Origin: a virus
Length of the DNA stretch: 38,869 bases
Virus genome (UHGV): UHGV-1367882
Reading direction: 5' to 3' (one strand)
Shown here: positions 13,622 through 24,456 of the stretch, piece after piece
How positions within the stretch are numbered: position 1 is the first letter of the stretch
Layout of the letters: the number at the start of each line of letters is the position of its first letter
Position numbers and translations under genes: made by a program
Notes under the pieces: model-generated
Told to the model about the DNA's origin: nothing
Seen by the model: only the letters and a program-made list of their open reading frames with translations
The model's database searches: none

Positions 13622-16522
13622 TTAATGGGTGTTCCCGTCAATGACCAGGTTGGTATGAGCATTTTCGCTGGCGTTATGAGCCGCTAACTCAACCGACCCC
13701 ACCTCCCCCCCTTGGGATATGAGGTTTTCCAGCGCCGCCAGACGGCTCAGGACATCGTCCCAATTCGGCCGGTAAGTATAGAGAGCCTCCGTGTCCACGG
13801 CTTCCGCCGTCTCTCCCCTGTTCCCCAGCGCTGAGATCACCATCTCCCCTTCCGGCTGCGCAAGGGAGTGGGTCCCGCCGGACACCACCTCCGGTTGTAT
13901 ACTCGATTTTGCTATTTTATACAACACGGTCACCGGTGTCCCGGCTTCTTTCTGGCTCGCCAGCCATGTTTTAAATTCCTCCAGCGTTGTGTATGTATCT
14001 CGGATAAAAAGTGTATCGGACCCGGACGGGAGATATATCCCTGCTTCCTGTGCGTTTTCAGCTTCTACCGCTTTTTCTGCGTAATGTGTGCAATATACCT
14101 TTACCGGCCAGCTTGCTTTCCCTGCATTCATCCATAGCCGGAAATTGTTGATCCCATGCTCATTGACTCCGGATGCCGTCCACGCTTCCGTGCCGTCCAG
14201 TTCCAGCCGCTTCCACCGGCGGACTACCTCTCCTGTCGCCAGGTCCAGGCTGTCCCCATCCTCCAGTGCTGTGGTCATTCCCTGGTAGGGTTCGTACGCC
14301 GTCGCCTCGCTACCCGCCTCCAACTGCGGATAGATGGTAAGATTGGACAGCGTTGTGCCAGATGCCACCGCTATGTATGCCTGTGCAGCGCCAGAATAAG
14401 AGATTGCCTCAGATTTGCTTTTTGACCCTGCCTGTATGTTGATTAACCATACGTTATTGCTCCGGGTACGCAGCACAAAAGATGTGCCGCCAGCGAGATT
14501 TGCGCTTGTAGACAGCGTGTAGGTCCCTGCCTTTATCATTATGTCCGGAAAATAGAAATACGCATTGGCCGTTGCCGTGCCGCCCAGCGTGATGCTGCCA
14601 TCCGCGTTGCTGGTTACAGATATTCCATTCACAGGCAGTTTTTCTTCAAAAGTCGGGAGTAGGTTCTTCCCCACGGTATGTGCATCCCCGTATAGCTCCA
14701 CCTCGTCAGGTGTGATCGTTTGCCCGTGATACGGCTCATATGCCGTTGCCTCGCTGCCCACCTCCAGTTGTATGCGGACGGTGAAGTTGGTTAAGGTCGT
14801 ACCGGATGACACGGCTATATAAGCATACACCTCTCCTTTGCTTCCAATCTGTTTAGTTCGGGACGGCGACGAGGCATTTGTAAAAAGGAGTTGTTTGGTG
14901 GTATTTCTCATCCGCAAAATGGCTGTGACGCCATTGGTAAGTCCCGGACTTGCCGACAAGGTATATACACCTGGAATTATATTTATAAAGGGGAAATTGA
15001 AATATGTGCCGGCCGTCGCCGTACCGTTGAGAGTTAAGCTCCCATCAGCATTGACGGTGCACGTCACTCCGTTGATGGTTTCCGAAGCCACCCTGGGTGG
15101 AATCAAATTTTTCCCCGTCACAGCCACTGTCTGAGGCTTCACCCCGGTAATGGTGACGGGTGCATCGGGGGAAGGCGTACCGGACACCATTGTCCGGCCC
15201 TTGAGCACCAAGCTGGACAGGTCGGCCCCTTCCGCCGCATCCGCAACAGACAACGGACAGCCTCCGGCAGTGCGCTTCCACGCGGGCTGATACGTCCGCC
15301 GCACCTGCGCTGCGTGAGCCTCTGCAGCCTTGTCAGCTGCCTCATCCGCCGTCTCCTGTACCCGCTCCATGCTTGCCTGAGCCTGCCACGCCTCACCGTC
15401 ATACATCAGGATGTAGACCCCGGCAGGATATGTTCCCGCCGGTTTGATCGGCACGATCCCCCCGAAACACCATATCGGCACAGACGCATCCCATTCTTCT
15501 TCCCACACCGCGCGGATTGCCATTCCGGTATATGGCCCGGTATCCGGCACGGCAATTCCAGGCGTCGGCTGCCAGCAATCGGTGGGATCGCTGCTCCGCG
15601 CCATCGCGTACACTGGCAGTGCATCCACTGTGTCTACTTTATCGGCGATGCTCTCCGCTGCTTCGTTGGCCGCGTCTGCCGCTTCATTTGCCGCCTCGGC
15701 GGCTGCGTTGGCTGCGGATGCGGCCGCGTTCGCAGTCCCGGCAGCAGTATTTGCCGTTCCCGCCGCCGTATTGGCTGCGGATGCAGCGGACTGCGCCGCC
15801 GAAGCTGCATTTTGGGCAGCGGTCGCCGCGATATCTGCTTTCCCTGCCGCTGCCTGGGCTGCCAAAGTAATCTGATGGGCCGCCTCCGCTTCCTCTTCTG
15901 CCGTTGCCGCCGCTTCTTTCGCCTCCTGAGCCGCCAGATTCGCCGCATCCCGCGCTGCATTGGCCCCGTCGATGGCTTCCGCCGTATTGGACAGTGCTTC
16001 ATTAACCGATCCTGCCGCTTCATTTGCGGCGTCCGCTGCTTCGTTGGCGTCTTCGGTCGCCTGTTTCGTTTCGTCCACTGCGTTGTGCATATCGGCGACA
16101 AGAGAGGATAATCCGTGATACAGCACCCTCATATCGCTGTCTGGGCCAGATGACCGGGAAGCGAAATACACTCTCCCCACAGCAGAAAATACCGTGTGCA
16201 TCTCATTGTTCAGTGCGTCCAATTCGGATATAACTAGCCTGACTTCTCCCGCTCCTCCCGCCTGTGTCCACTCGCGAGGGATAGGGACATTCACCATTTT
16301 CACTTCTGTCCCCGTCAGCGAAAGAAAGTCGCTGGTTAGGAAAGCCCCCATGCCGTCTATAAATTCCACCCGGTATTTGTAGTTCTCAGACGCCAGTTTT
16401 TCGCTTAAATCAAAGGAGATAAGCGTAGAGTTGTTATCCCCCTGCACACCGGCATATTGCGGATCACAGGGATTGACCGCGTTTTCCGTGACGGTGAAAT
16501 GTACAGTCCTTTCATACGCCAT
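13622..16522 (-). CDS. Large tail fiber / receptor-binding protein (966 aa)
   Basis: Central Ala-rich A-A-N-E/T-A coiled-coil repeats. Two homologous ~130-aa C-proximal domains each end EVGSEATAYEPY(H/Q)G. Confidence 0.6.
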   Translation of the reverse strand: MAYERTVHFTVTENAVNPCDPQYAGVQGDNNSTLISFDLSEKLASENYKYRVEFIDGMGAFLTSDFLSLTGTEVKMVNVPIPREWTQAGGAGEVRLVISELDALNNEMHTVFSAVGRVYFASRSSGPDSDMRVLYHGLSSLVADMHNAVDETKQATEDANEAADAANEAAGSVNEALSNTAEAIDGANAARDAANLAAQEAKEAAATAEEEAEAAHQITLAAQAAAGKADIAATAAQNAASAAQSAASAANTAAGTANTAAGTANAAASAANAAAEAANEAADAANEAAESIADKVDTVDALPVYAMARSSDPTDCWQPTPGIAVPDTGPYTGMAIRAVWEEEWDASVPIWCFGGIVPIKPAGTYPAGVYILMYDGEAWQAQASMERVQETADEAADKAAEAHAAQVRRTYQPAWKRTAGGCPLSVADAAEGADLSSLVLKGRTMVSGTPSPDAPVTITGVKPQTVAVTGKNLIPPRVASETINGVTCTVNADGSLTLNGTATAGTYFNFPFINIIPGVYTLSASPGLTNGVTAILRMRNTTKQLLFTNASSPSRTKQIGSKGEVYAYIAVSSGTTLTNFTVRIQLEVGSEATAYEPYHGQTITPDEVELYGDAHTVGKNLLPTFEEKLPVNGISVTSNADGSITLGGTATANAYFYFPDIMIKAGTYTLSTSANLAGGTSFVLRTRSNNVWLINIQAGSKSKSEAISYSGAAQAYIAVASGTTLSNLTIYPQLEAGSEATAYEPYQGMTTALEDGDSLDLATGEVVRRWKRLELDGTEAWTASGVNEHGINNFRLWMNAGKASWPVKVYCTHYAEKAVEAENAQEAGIYLPSGSDTLFIRDTYTTLEEFKTWLASQKEAGTPVTVLYKIAKSSIQPEVVSGGTHSLAQPEGEMVISALGNRGETAEAVDTEALYTYRPNWDDVLSRLAALENLISQGGEVGSVELAAHNASENAHTNLVIDGNTH

Positions 16523-16523
16523 T

Positions 16524-19500
16524 TCAATTCACCCCTTTCATCAGATCGTCAATGTATTTGTCCGGGTCCTGTTTGGCATCCGCGAAGATTCGTGCAAGCA
16601 CCTTCACCTTCTCCTCATCCGTCATTTCATTCCAGTATTTTAGATAGGTTCGCTGTTTCTCCTTGCCGTAGGCGTTTGTGTAGTTCTCCGTCAGCTTGAT
16701 TCTGCGCTCGTTGTTCATCAGCTCGTCCAGCGCAGCCTTCGAGGCGGCCCCTACTCGCTTCTGTTCCTCCGTGATTTCCCGTACAGTTAAGGGCTTTTCC
16801 TCCGTGCTTTCAACAATGGACGGAAGCGCCCTTGTGTCGTCCGTCGCCTGAAACACACGCATCATTTCCTGTACGGCGTCGTCATCCGTGTACAGGGCAT
16901 GAGATACATTGGACGGGTTCACAAATTGGTTAAAGGCGTTTTCGATCCAACTTTCTGCGTTGCTTCTCCTCACCTCCTGGCCGAATGCGTCAAGCTGAGG
17001 TTCCAGCATTGTACTGGCCCCTGGAAGTCTTGAGGCCACTTGGTTAAGAAAAGTTTGCGTTATGTCATTGCCGGTAGTTTTGCGTTGGATAGGATCTACC
17101 GTCCGGGCCAGCTGTCCCACAGCGGTCGGGATAGATTGTGTAGCAGCGGACGACGCCAGCGTAGATATCACATTTTCAATCGTTTGATCCTCGTCCCCGT
17201 AGCTGGCGAAAAGATCGCTGATCGACTGGAGGAAAGACTGCTCGAAGACCGCATTCAGTCCACCTGTAATAACGCTTGCGAAATTGGACGCGCCCTCTGT
17301 GATCTTGTCAAACGTGGTTTTTTCCTTGAACTCTTTGGAATCGACGCCCTCCGCCAGTTCATACAACCGCGCTCCTACAATTAGCGGAGTGGAGGCCGGT
17401 TGGAGCCAGTCGAAAGATATGGATGTGTTGCCAATATGCAGTGCGTTTTCCTGGTTCCCTTCAATTTGCCCAGCTTTCCCCCGTTTGCCGGAATGGGAAA
17501 ACTTTGTGGTGATAATTCCGGAAGCAGCTCCATAAATGCCAGCTGCCAACAATAATGTGCCCGACATTGATTTTGCCGCTTTGTCAATGATTTCTGCGGT
17601 TTCGATGCCAGATTTCCCCAACCCCTTTTTAACAATGTCGGCCAAAACTACTCCAGCCTCAACCGGGGAATGCTGAATAGAAGAGATCAGGATATTGGCA
17701 GGCGTGTCTGTAAATGGAATAACCGTATCCAATAAGGTGCGCCCAAGCCCTCCCGCATTGTTCTTCAGCTGCGATATGGCGGTGCTTATGGCATTTTTCC
17801 CTCGGAATACGGCTTCACCGGCCCGGCGGAATGCTAGGTCGTATACCTCATCCGTTACCTCGGTCAATCCCCGCGCTGTCATGATCTGCCCCAGATTGTC
17901 CCGGAAAGCCGGAACGAAAAACAGCATGTCCTCCGCTTCCATCAGTCGGCTGTTTGCCTTTGACAACTTATTAAACCACTGCATGTGTTTGCTGCTGAAA
18001 GTATCCCGTGCCCGGAGTATGGCATTGTTGGACGTGTTGTATTTTCCAATGTTCTGAATTTCCATACGAGCGCGGTCCGTTGCGCTATCAACTATGTTGC
18101 GAATTTTTCTGCCGTGCTCCGATTGCCTCCAAAAAACGCTTCTGGTTCTTTTAGCCGCGTCGTCTCCTCTCATGATTATCCGTTCGAGGATATTGGCAAG
18201 CCCAGCGTCTATTTTGCGAATGGGATACATAAAGGCGTTGGCCCCTATATTTTTCAAATGGGTTTTTATATTGGAAAGCATCCCGGTCTTTCTCCAGGAT
18301 TCCCACTTTTCGAGTGCGGTCATGGGAACCTTTTTCGCCAGGGTTTCATAGATTTCCTCAAAGATATCCGCCTGCTCTTGAGAATAGTCAACCGCCTCTC
18401 CCGCTCGCTTGGCCAGTTCCACCAGCTTACTGACGGTATCCTCGTCCAACGAAGGAAGCCCGAGGGATTCTGCGAAAGTCGATTTCAAGGTTTCATTATT
18501 GAAAGCGCCCTGATCTATAGCCTCCACGATTCGTTCGGCCATTGACCGGGTATTCCCCTTTTTCTTAAACAGCTTTCTGAGCCGGTTATCCGTTATCTCG
18601 TCAATGCTGTCCTGAATCGCCCCTTCCACGCTTGCCACGCGGTCCGCCGTTCCTGTCGCCTGTTTTCCTGCGCCGGATTCCACCTTCCCGCGCACCTTGT
18701 CCGCGAAGTCGTCCAGGGCGTCCGACGCGCCTTTAAATGCCTTGTTGTCTATGCCCTGCCTCACTGCATCGTCAGCTGCACGGATAACCCCCTCGGGGCT
18801 TGTCAGGTCCTTAAATCCGTAGCTCCGCAGCGCCCGTCCCGCTTCGGTACCGGTGCGGGATAGCCCAATGATGAGGTTGGCGCTCTTCTGGGTATCCCCT
18901 TGCTTCAGATACTCTTCCGCCAGCTTCTTGACCGCCTCAACCTCTTCGTCATTGAGCAGCAGGGTTCCCGGCTTTGCGGACACCACCCGGTTATACAGAT
19001 CAACCTTTTTCCGATCAGTGTCAATCAGCCTGTCAGCGTTGGCAAATTTTACGGCATCCGCTTTCACGGTGTAGGTTTCGGGGTTCTGTCTCAGGTATTC
19101 CAGGATTTCATCTGTGCTGAGAGGGGTGTTCTTTTGAAGGATGGATTGCACAAAGCCGCGCGGCACCACACCTTCCTCCCCTTGCGCCAATTCCAGATAG
19201 GTCAGTTTGCGCTTTGCCGCGTATAACTGAGCGTCTATCTCAAGGGCTTGGGACGCTCCTCTTGACCGGTATCTTTGCGATACATTTTCTTCTGCAAATA
19301 ACTGAATATTGACGGGCAATGTTTGGCTTCCAGTTGATTTTGTTTGATGCGCGGCGTTCCTGGACCCATGGACGCCGTTTCTTGCCTCGCCTCCCCTGCC
19401 GGAAATACGGCGTTTTATTCGTTCCAGATTCGATATCCGGCTTTCAAGTTCGGGTTTTGTGTCCGGCAAATTTGTATCCACCATGTCCGCGTATTCCGCA

Positions 19501-20978
19501 ACAGACATGGTTTTCCCGCCGAAGTTAATTTTCCCCTTGGGGATATCCCTGGCCATGCTGTTATAACTGTTATAGAATTCCTCTTTGCTCATGGGGGCAG
19601 CATCTACAGAAGTATCCGCGTTGACATTGCCAACGGATTTTGCTGATTTTGATGCGGTGTTTTCCGCCGCCTCCATATAGGCTTTTTTCATTCTGGCCGC
19701 ATATAAACGCGCTTCCAGTTGTTTCTTGTACGACGTAGCTCCTCCCGCCACATCGTCCGCGTCGTCTGCAACTTCCAGCATGGCTTCCATTTCACCGATT
19801 TTGTCATCAAGATCAAGCACATTATCTGGCAGCTCTTTCTCCATGGCATCAATAAAATCGCTGGCAGACGCACCGTTTATTTTTCCATCCGGCATGGGAT
19901 TTTCTGATTTATATTTGCTATAAAAAGTTGTTTTGGGGGACACTTCCCCTGCGGTCGTCTGTTGCGACGTTTTATTTATCCGAAGGGCATCATCAAAAGG
20001 TAGGTTGCTTTCAGGGTCTACCGACACAGTCCGTCCGATTTCAACCCCGTCGGTAGAAGCCATTGCCTTCTTAGGATTGTCCTGTATCCATTTTTCAACA
20101 TCCGCGTCAGTCGGAATCACTTCTGCACCGTTGTAATAGCGGTACGGATTTTTACTGAGGGCAGAAGGCAGACCGCTCAGAAGTACACTACCAATAAGAT
20201 TGGCAACCGCGTCATTTTTCAGCTGATCCACGATCTCATTGGCATCTTGCCCCTTAGATATTCCGGTTAGAACAGTGTTAGGGGCGTCAAATATTTCGTT
20301 GTCAATAAATGTACCTGTTGCCCTCGATGTGCCTTTTGCCACACGGTCCCACAGGCGTGCCGCCTTTCCCGCGTTCGCTGCGGTATCCGCTGCCTTTCCA
20401 CCTTTCATGGCGTTATACACTGTATCGCTTACCTTGCCAGCTGCCGCAGACCCTCCCCCGGTCGCCAGTCCAAGCGTAACCTGCTTGCCGATATCGCCTA
20501 ATATCGTTCCCGCTCCTTCAGCCGCATTGTCCCAAAAATCGTCCGATTGGGGCAGTGCGAAAGTGGGCATCAGTTTGGCGTTGTTCCTTTGTTTCGCAGC
20601 CTGCTTCGCCGATTCCGGCATGTCAGATGCGTCAATAATCATATTTTTTATACGATAGGGGAGATTCGCATTAGATCCGTAGCTTTGAATGAGGGCGTTT
20701 GAAAACCGTGTTATTTTGCTGTTGAGAGGGCTGCTTTCCGATACTGTGATTGTCGGCCCGTTTTCAGCATCAGCCCCGCGCAGTATTGTTCCATTTTGGA
20801 AATTGGCTTTTATGTCCCCTTTTGGCCTGTTATCCGAAAAGCGTACAGGCTGCATTTCACGCAACCGCTCGATTCTGGCAGCTTGTTCATTCTCTTCCGC
20901 ATCATCCGAAGAGTTTTCATCAAAACGGATCGGCTGCATTTCTCTCAATTTTTTTATGCGGTCCAGATTGCTGCTCAT
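16524..20978 (-). CDS. Very large virion protein (1484 aa); tape-measure, ejection or internal-protein-like, family not recognised
   Basis: It is in the structural operon. The N-terminus has duplicated RLREMQP(I/V)RF motifs. It is mostly alpha-helical with Gly/Ala-rich hydrophobic segments (LLAAGIYGAASGIITT). Confidence 0.45.
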   Translation of the reverse strand: MSSNLDRIKKLREMQPIRFDENSSDDAEENEQAARIERLREMQPVRFSDNRPKGDIKANFQNGTILRGADAENGPTITVSESSPLNSKITRFSNALIQSYGSNANLPYRIKNMIIDASDMPESAKQAAKQRNNAKLMPTFALPQSDDFWDNAAEGAGTILGDIGKQVTLGLATGGGSAAAGKVSDTVYNAMKGGKAADTAANAGKAARLWDRVAKGTSRATGTFIDNEIFDAPNTVLTGISKGQDANEIVDQLKNDAVANLIGSVLLSGLPSALSKNPYRYYNGAEVIPTDADVEKWIQDNPKKAMASTDGVEIGRTVSVDPESNLPFDDALRINKTSQQTTAGEVSPKTTFYSKYKSENPMPDGKINGASASDFIDAMEKELPDNVLDLDDKIGEMEAMLEVADDADDVAGGATSYKKQLEARLYAARMKKAYMEAAENTASKSAKSVGNVNADTSVDAAPMSKEEFYNSYNSMARDIPKGKINFGGKTMSVAEYADMVDTNLPDTKPELESRISNLERIKRRISGRGGEARNGVHGSRNAAHQTKSTGSQTLPVNIQLFAEENVSQRYRSRGASQALEIDAQLYAAKRKLTYLELAQGEEGVVPRGFVQSILQKNTPLSTDEILEYLRQNPETYTVKADAVKFANADRLIDTDRKKVDLYNRVVSAKPGTLLLNDEEVEAVKKLAEEYLKQGDTQKSANLIIGLSRTGTEAGRALRSYGFKDLTSPEGVIRAADDAVRQGIDNKAFKGASDALDDFADKVRGKVESGAGKQATGTADRVASVEGAIQDSIDEITDNRLRKLFKKKGNTRSMAERIVEAIDQGAFNNETLKSTFAESLGLPSLDEDTVSKLVELAKRAGEAVDYSQEQADIFEEIYETLAKKVPMTALEKWESWRKTGMLSNIKTHLKNIGANAFMYPIRKIDAGLANILERIIMRGDDAAKRTRSVFWRQSEHGRKIRNIVDSATDRARMEIQNIGKYNTSNNAILRARDTFSSKHMQWFNKLSKANSRLMEAEDMLFFVPAFRDNLGQIMTARGLTEVTDEVYDLAFRRAGEAVFRGKNAISTAISQLKNNAGGLGRTLLDTVIPFTDTPANILISSIQHSPVEAGVVLADIVKKGLGKSGIETAEIIDKAAKSMSGTLLLAAGIYGAASGIITTKFSHSGKRGKAGQIEGNQENALHIGNTSISFDWLQPASTPLIVGARLYELAEGVDSKEFKEKTTFDKITEGASNFASVITGGLNAVFEQSFLQSISDLFASYGDEDQTIENVISTLASSAATQSIPTAVGQLARTVDPIQRKTTGNDITQTFLNQVASRLPGASTMLEPQLDAFGQEVRRSNAESWIENAFNQFVNPSNVSHALYTDDDAVQEMMRVFQATDDTRALPSIVESTEEKPLTVREITEEQKRVGAASKAALDELMNNERRIKLTENYTNAYGKEKQRTYLKYWNEMTDEEKVKVLARIFADAKQDPDKYIDDLMKGVN

Positions 20979-20992
20979 ACTAACCCCTCACT

Positions 20993-22288
20993 TTATGAGT
21001 TGAACACGCTATCCCACTTAAGCCCTGCGGACGCCTGATAGCTCTGTATGGCACTATCGGGAATTCCTATGGCCTTTGCAATACTAAGAGCGTTATTCAT
21101 TGCTGTGAACGAATTTCCACCGGAAAGCGCCTGTTCTTCGTAAGCATGCCCGAATATGCTGTCAAGGGCGTCCTGATCATTAACACGGCCGCCTTGATAT
21201 AAAATCCTCATTTGCGTTGTGTAGTCATTTCCGGACAGCCCTGCCGCTTCCATCAACGTTTGGTTATTTGACCATGAGCCTCCGGGGATTGTGCTCACGC
21301 TTTGTCCGCTGCCTTCGCTTGAGCTACCGGAACTGCCCGTACTGCTTCCACTTCCAGCGCTCGATCCAGAAGAGGTACCACTTCCAAACAGCCTATCAAC
21401 AATGCTATCCGCTTGAGCCATGGCTTCTTCGGATGAAGCTCCTTGGCTGAGAAGTGCTTTATAAGCATTCATCCAATAGGATTGGACAACATCCGATTCC
21501 CCGGACGAACTAGACCCGCTATGCGTGGCGATCCATTTATTCATAGCCCGGTCAAGGGTGTTTTGTCCTCTCTCGTGTTCCAGCTGCTCTTTCTGTAGTT
21601 GCTGCTGCAATTCCCTTTCCGCCTGAGCAATGGCGGCTTCCTGCTGGAGCTTCTGGGCTTGCAGCCGTTCCTGCAATTCGCGTTCCGCCTGGGCAATGGC
21701 GGCTTCCTGCGCCATTTGCTCCTGAGCGGTGTTTGCCGACACATTTGTGCCGTAAAGGTTAGTCGCGGTATCACGCGCCGAATTGTACAGGGAGGTCAGG
21801 TTATTGGCCGTGTCCACATCCGCCTGCTGATAGATATTTCCGGCATTCTGGAGCTTGTTGGCCGATTGCTGCGCCCTGTATTCGTTAAGCGCCCGCGTCA
21901 GCTCGTCGATGGCGTTTTGCTGCTGTTCCCGCAGCCTGGCATCCGCGTTGCCGCGCTGTAAGGTCAAGGCCGTCTGCTGCGTGCGGTTGAGGCCGGAATC
22001 CGTCATACCCATGTTGGCCATGCGCTCCGCCACATTTTTCGCGTTGATGCGTTCTTGTACCGCATTGGCGTTGAATCCGGCCGCATATTGCTGGGGAACC
22101 TTGGCAATGTCCTGCTCATATCCCTCGATCACGGGCTTGGAGGCAATGTCAGCGGCCTGGTTGTACCGGTTGATGTAGTCCTCCGCCGCCTGTTTCCGCT
22201 TTGCCTCATATTCCGCCTGCTGCTGTTTGGTTTTCTCGTTGATCTTGGATTGGATACTGTCATAATCGATATCATAGGTTTTCGCCAT
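20993..22288 (-). CDS. Gln-rich coiled-coil virion protein (431 aa) with internal tandem duplication
   Basis: QEAAIAQAERELQ(E/Q)RLQ occurs twice, 23 aa apart. The C-terminus is a Ser/Gly-rich linker. Confidence 0.4.
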   Translation of the reverse strand: MAKTYDIDYDSIQSKINEKTKQQQAEYEAKRKQAAEDYINRYNQAADIASKPVIEGYEQDIAKVPQQYAAGFNANAVQERINAKNVAERMANMGMTDSGLNRTQQTALTLQRGNADARLREQQQNAIDELTRALNEYRAQQSANKLQNAGNIYQQADVDTANNLTSLYNSARDTATNLYGTNVSANTAQEQMAQEAAIAQAERELQERLQAQKLQQEAAIAQAERELQQQLQKEQLEHERGQNTLDRAMNKWIATHSGSSSSGESDVVQSYWMNAYKALLSQGASSEEAMAQADSIVDRLFGSGTSSGSSAGSGSSTGSSGSSSEGSGQSVSTIPGGSWSNNQTLMEAAGLSGNDYTTQMRILYQGGRVNDQDALDSIFGHAYEEQALSGGNSFTAMNNALSIAKAIGIPDSAIQSYQASAGLKWDSVFNS

Positions 22289-24456
22289 TATCGCGTTCCT
22301 CCCAGCGGTTTGTATTTTAAAATCAAATTGCTAAGGGCAAAAGCGCCGCGCCCGCAAATCTTCATGCCGAAGCATTTGATTCTCACCATGTTCGGGGTCA
22401 GCCGGTATTCGGACAGATAGCGGTTGCGGTTTTCGTTTTCCTCCCCGAATTTGATTATTTGATACGGGTCTTTTTGCTCCCCGTGTTCCGTCAAATACCA
22501 GAAGGAGACTTCGCTTTGAGCCTTTCCGGAAAGCCCCACATATACCTGCAATACGTTTTTCAAAACCTCCGGCGAATCAAAATCCAGCACCTTTGTTTGC
22601 GCATAGCTGGATATTGGGAGATAGTCAAACACCACCACGCCTTCGTCGTCCTCCCGGAGCTTGGTGTCCTCGTCCCCCTGCATCACATAATAGGCATGCA
22701 CCTGGCGCGATTCGGTCAGCTGTGTAACCCCGGCAAGCAGTACGCCTTCACGGCCTCCCAATATCCTTGTGCATTCCAGATGGTCGATGTCCCATGTATA
22801 CCATTTGATTTTGCTGGTGTCTGTTTTGTACGTACCGTTTAAAGCCACATAAGTATAGGCGCTGTCGTTGTAATCCATCAGATATAACCGGTTTTGGATC
22901 AGCAGATAATAATACCCGTCGTAGATGCCCGCCGACGCGCCGGTCATATCGGTATAGGACAGCCCAGACAGCAGCGGCTCAATGTTGGCCGAAATCTCCT
23001 GCACGTTGGAATCGCTGTACTGATTGCGGCTGGTCAGCACATACGCCATTTTCCGGGAAGTAACCCATACCAGATGGTTGTTGCACAGGCAGATGGTATC
23101 GGGGCAATCGCATCCAATATCCGCCGACAGGGGCGTCACCGGGAAATAGGCGGCATTTACCTCGGTATCGAGTACGGAACCATTAACAAAGTCCTCCGCG
23201 TCCAATGTGCTGGCCACATATTCGGAATAGTAAATCTCTCTCTCCTTGAAGATGATCAAAGTATTCCCCTGTTGAGCCAGCGCCGTTACCGCCTGGGTGC
23301 TGTCTCCGATCCTGGCATAATTGTTTTCCGGCCAGTACAGGGGGTTGTTTAGGGCGCTCCACATGATGCAGTTGCTGTAATCTGGGTCGGTGTTGGCCGC
23401 CGCGAATAGCCGCGTACCGCGATTTAGGCCGCTCCGGTCCCCGCCGAACCACCGAAAGGTTGTCATCCTGGTAATTATGTGGCTGTTGGTGTGGTTGTCT
23501 GCCAGTTCTGCCGTTACTTCCAGATTATCCGTTTGTCCCGTATAGATGGGGACATACGATCCGCCCTCCTGCGTATCGCTCTGGTCAAAGCGGATAAACC
23601 CTTTTTCCCGGTCTACATAGATATAGAATCGATCATTCACCTTCACCTTATCGCTGCCCATTGGGATCACATACTCTTCCGTGTTGCCGGTGCGGTAAGT
23701 AATGGAAACCTTGACATCGGAACGGGTGCTTAAATTCGGATAGGGCAGATAAAACAGATCCACTTCATCCCCTGTGGTGAACTGCACGCGGAACCACCGG
23801 GAAAGCAAATTGATGGGCTCGTTCATGGTGCCGCTGAAAGTTGTCAGATGATCGGCGTCGGAGTTGGAAACCCCTTCCCCCCCAGCCGCCACCAAAGGAA
23901 TATACGCCTCCCCATTCAACGATACCCATTCGCTGCCGCTTTCCGGCAGCCCATACATCTGCCCTTGATCCCACACGATTACGCCATCCCCGCGATATGT
24001 TTCTCCGCCTCTTTCGTACTCAACCGTCCCATACGGTATCAGTTGTACATATTGGGCCATGCCGGGGGCATACCCCATCAGGGATTGACCGTCCTTGCTG
24101 CGAAACGGACGGACTTCTCCGTCGTATCCCACAGTCTGAACCTCCTGCGCCGTGGAACCGCGCTGAGTATAAAACTGCCTCCCATAGACCGGGGCATCGA
24201 CAGGGGACGGGCACAGCACCTCGTGATCGCCATAAAACACGCTTTTTTGAAGGGTCAGTGCCTCCGATACGGAATTCTTTTTCGCCTGAAATCCGGGCCG
24301 TGTGCACAGAACCCCATCGTGCCACCACATGTTTGATGTGTCTGTCGGCTGGTTGTCCTCCACCGCCGAAGGAGAAGCCACCCGATTGACGGCACCGTCC
24401 ATCTGCGGCACCGTTATCCGGTATTGCCTGGCTGTCCCAATCGTTGGATATTTCAT
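22288..24456 (-). CDS. Large structural protein (722 aa), tail or distal-structure candidate
   Basis: Lies in the operon between head genes and large virion proteins. No motif recognised. Confidence 0.4.
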   Translation of the reverse strand: MKYPTIGTARQYRITVPQMDGAVNRVASPSAVEDNQPTDTSNMWWHDGVLCTRPGFQAKKNSVSEALTLQKSVFYGDHEVLCPSPVDAPVYGRQFYTQRGSTAQEVQTVGYDGEVRPFRSKDGQSLMGYAPGMAQYVQLIPYGTVEYERGGETYRGDGVIVWDQGQMYGLPESGSEWVSLNGEAYIPLVAAGGEGVSNSDADHLTTFSGTMNEPINLLSRWFRVQFTTGDEVDLFYLPYPNLSTRSDVKVSITYRTGNTEEYVIPMGSDKVKVNDRFYIYVDREKGFIRFDQSDTQEGGSYVPIYTGQTDNLEVTAELADNHTNSHIITRMTTFRWFGGDRSGLNRGTRLFAAANTDPDYSNCIMWSALNNPLYWPENNYARIGDSTQAVTALAQQGNTLIIFKEREIYYSEYVASTLDAEDFVNGSVLDTEVNAAYFPVTPLSADIGCDCPDTICLCNNHLVWVTSRKMAYVLTSRNQYSDSNVQEISANIEPLLSGLSYTDMTGASAGIYDGYYYLLIQNRLYLMDYNDSAYTYVALNGTYKTDTSKIKWYTWDIDHLECTRILGGREGVLLAGVTQLTESRQVHAYYVMQGDEDTKLREDDEGVVVFDYLPISSYAQTKVLDFDSPEVLKNVLQVYVGLSGKAQSEVSFWYLTEHGEQKDPYQIIKFGEENENRNRYLSEYRLTPNMVRIKCFGMKICGRGAFALSNLILKYKPLGGTR

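Noticed and set aside
686-16100. CRISPR array among the tandem and periodic repeats
   Set aside because: All repeats seen are coding (21-bp x2, Ala-rich heptads, 69-bp duplication) or are protein-binding palindromes. There is no repeat-spacer periodicity and no cas genes.
15314-16111. 265-aa Cys/Arg-rich plus-strand ORF, with overlapping ORFs 15444..15875, 15517..15870 and 15634..16101
   Set aside because: All lie antisense or out of frame within the Ala-codon (GCN) repeat tract of the 966-aa fiber gene. They are low-complexity translations of a GC-rich repeat, with no RBS.
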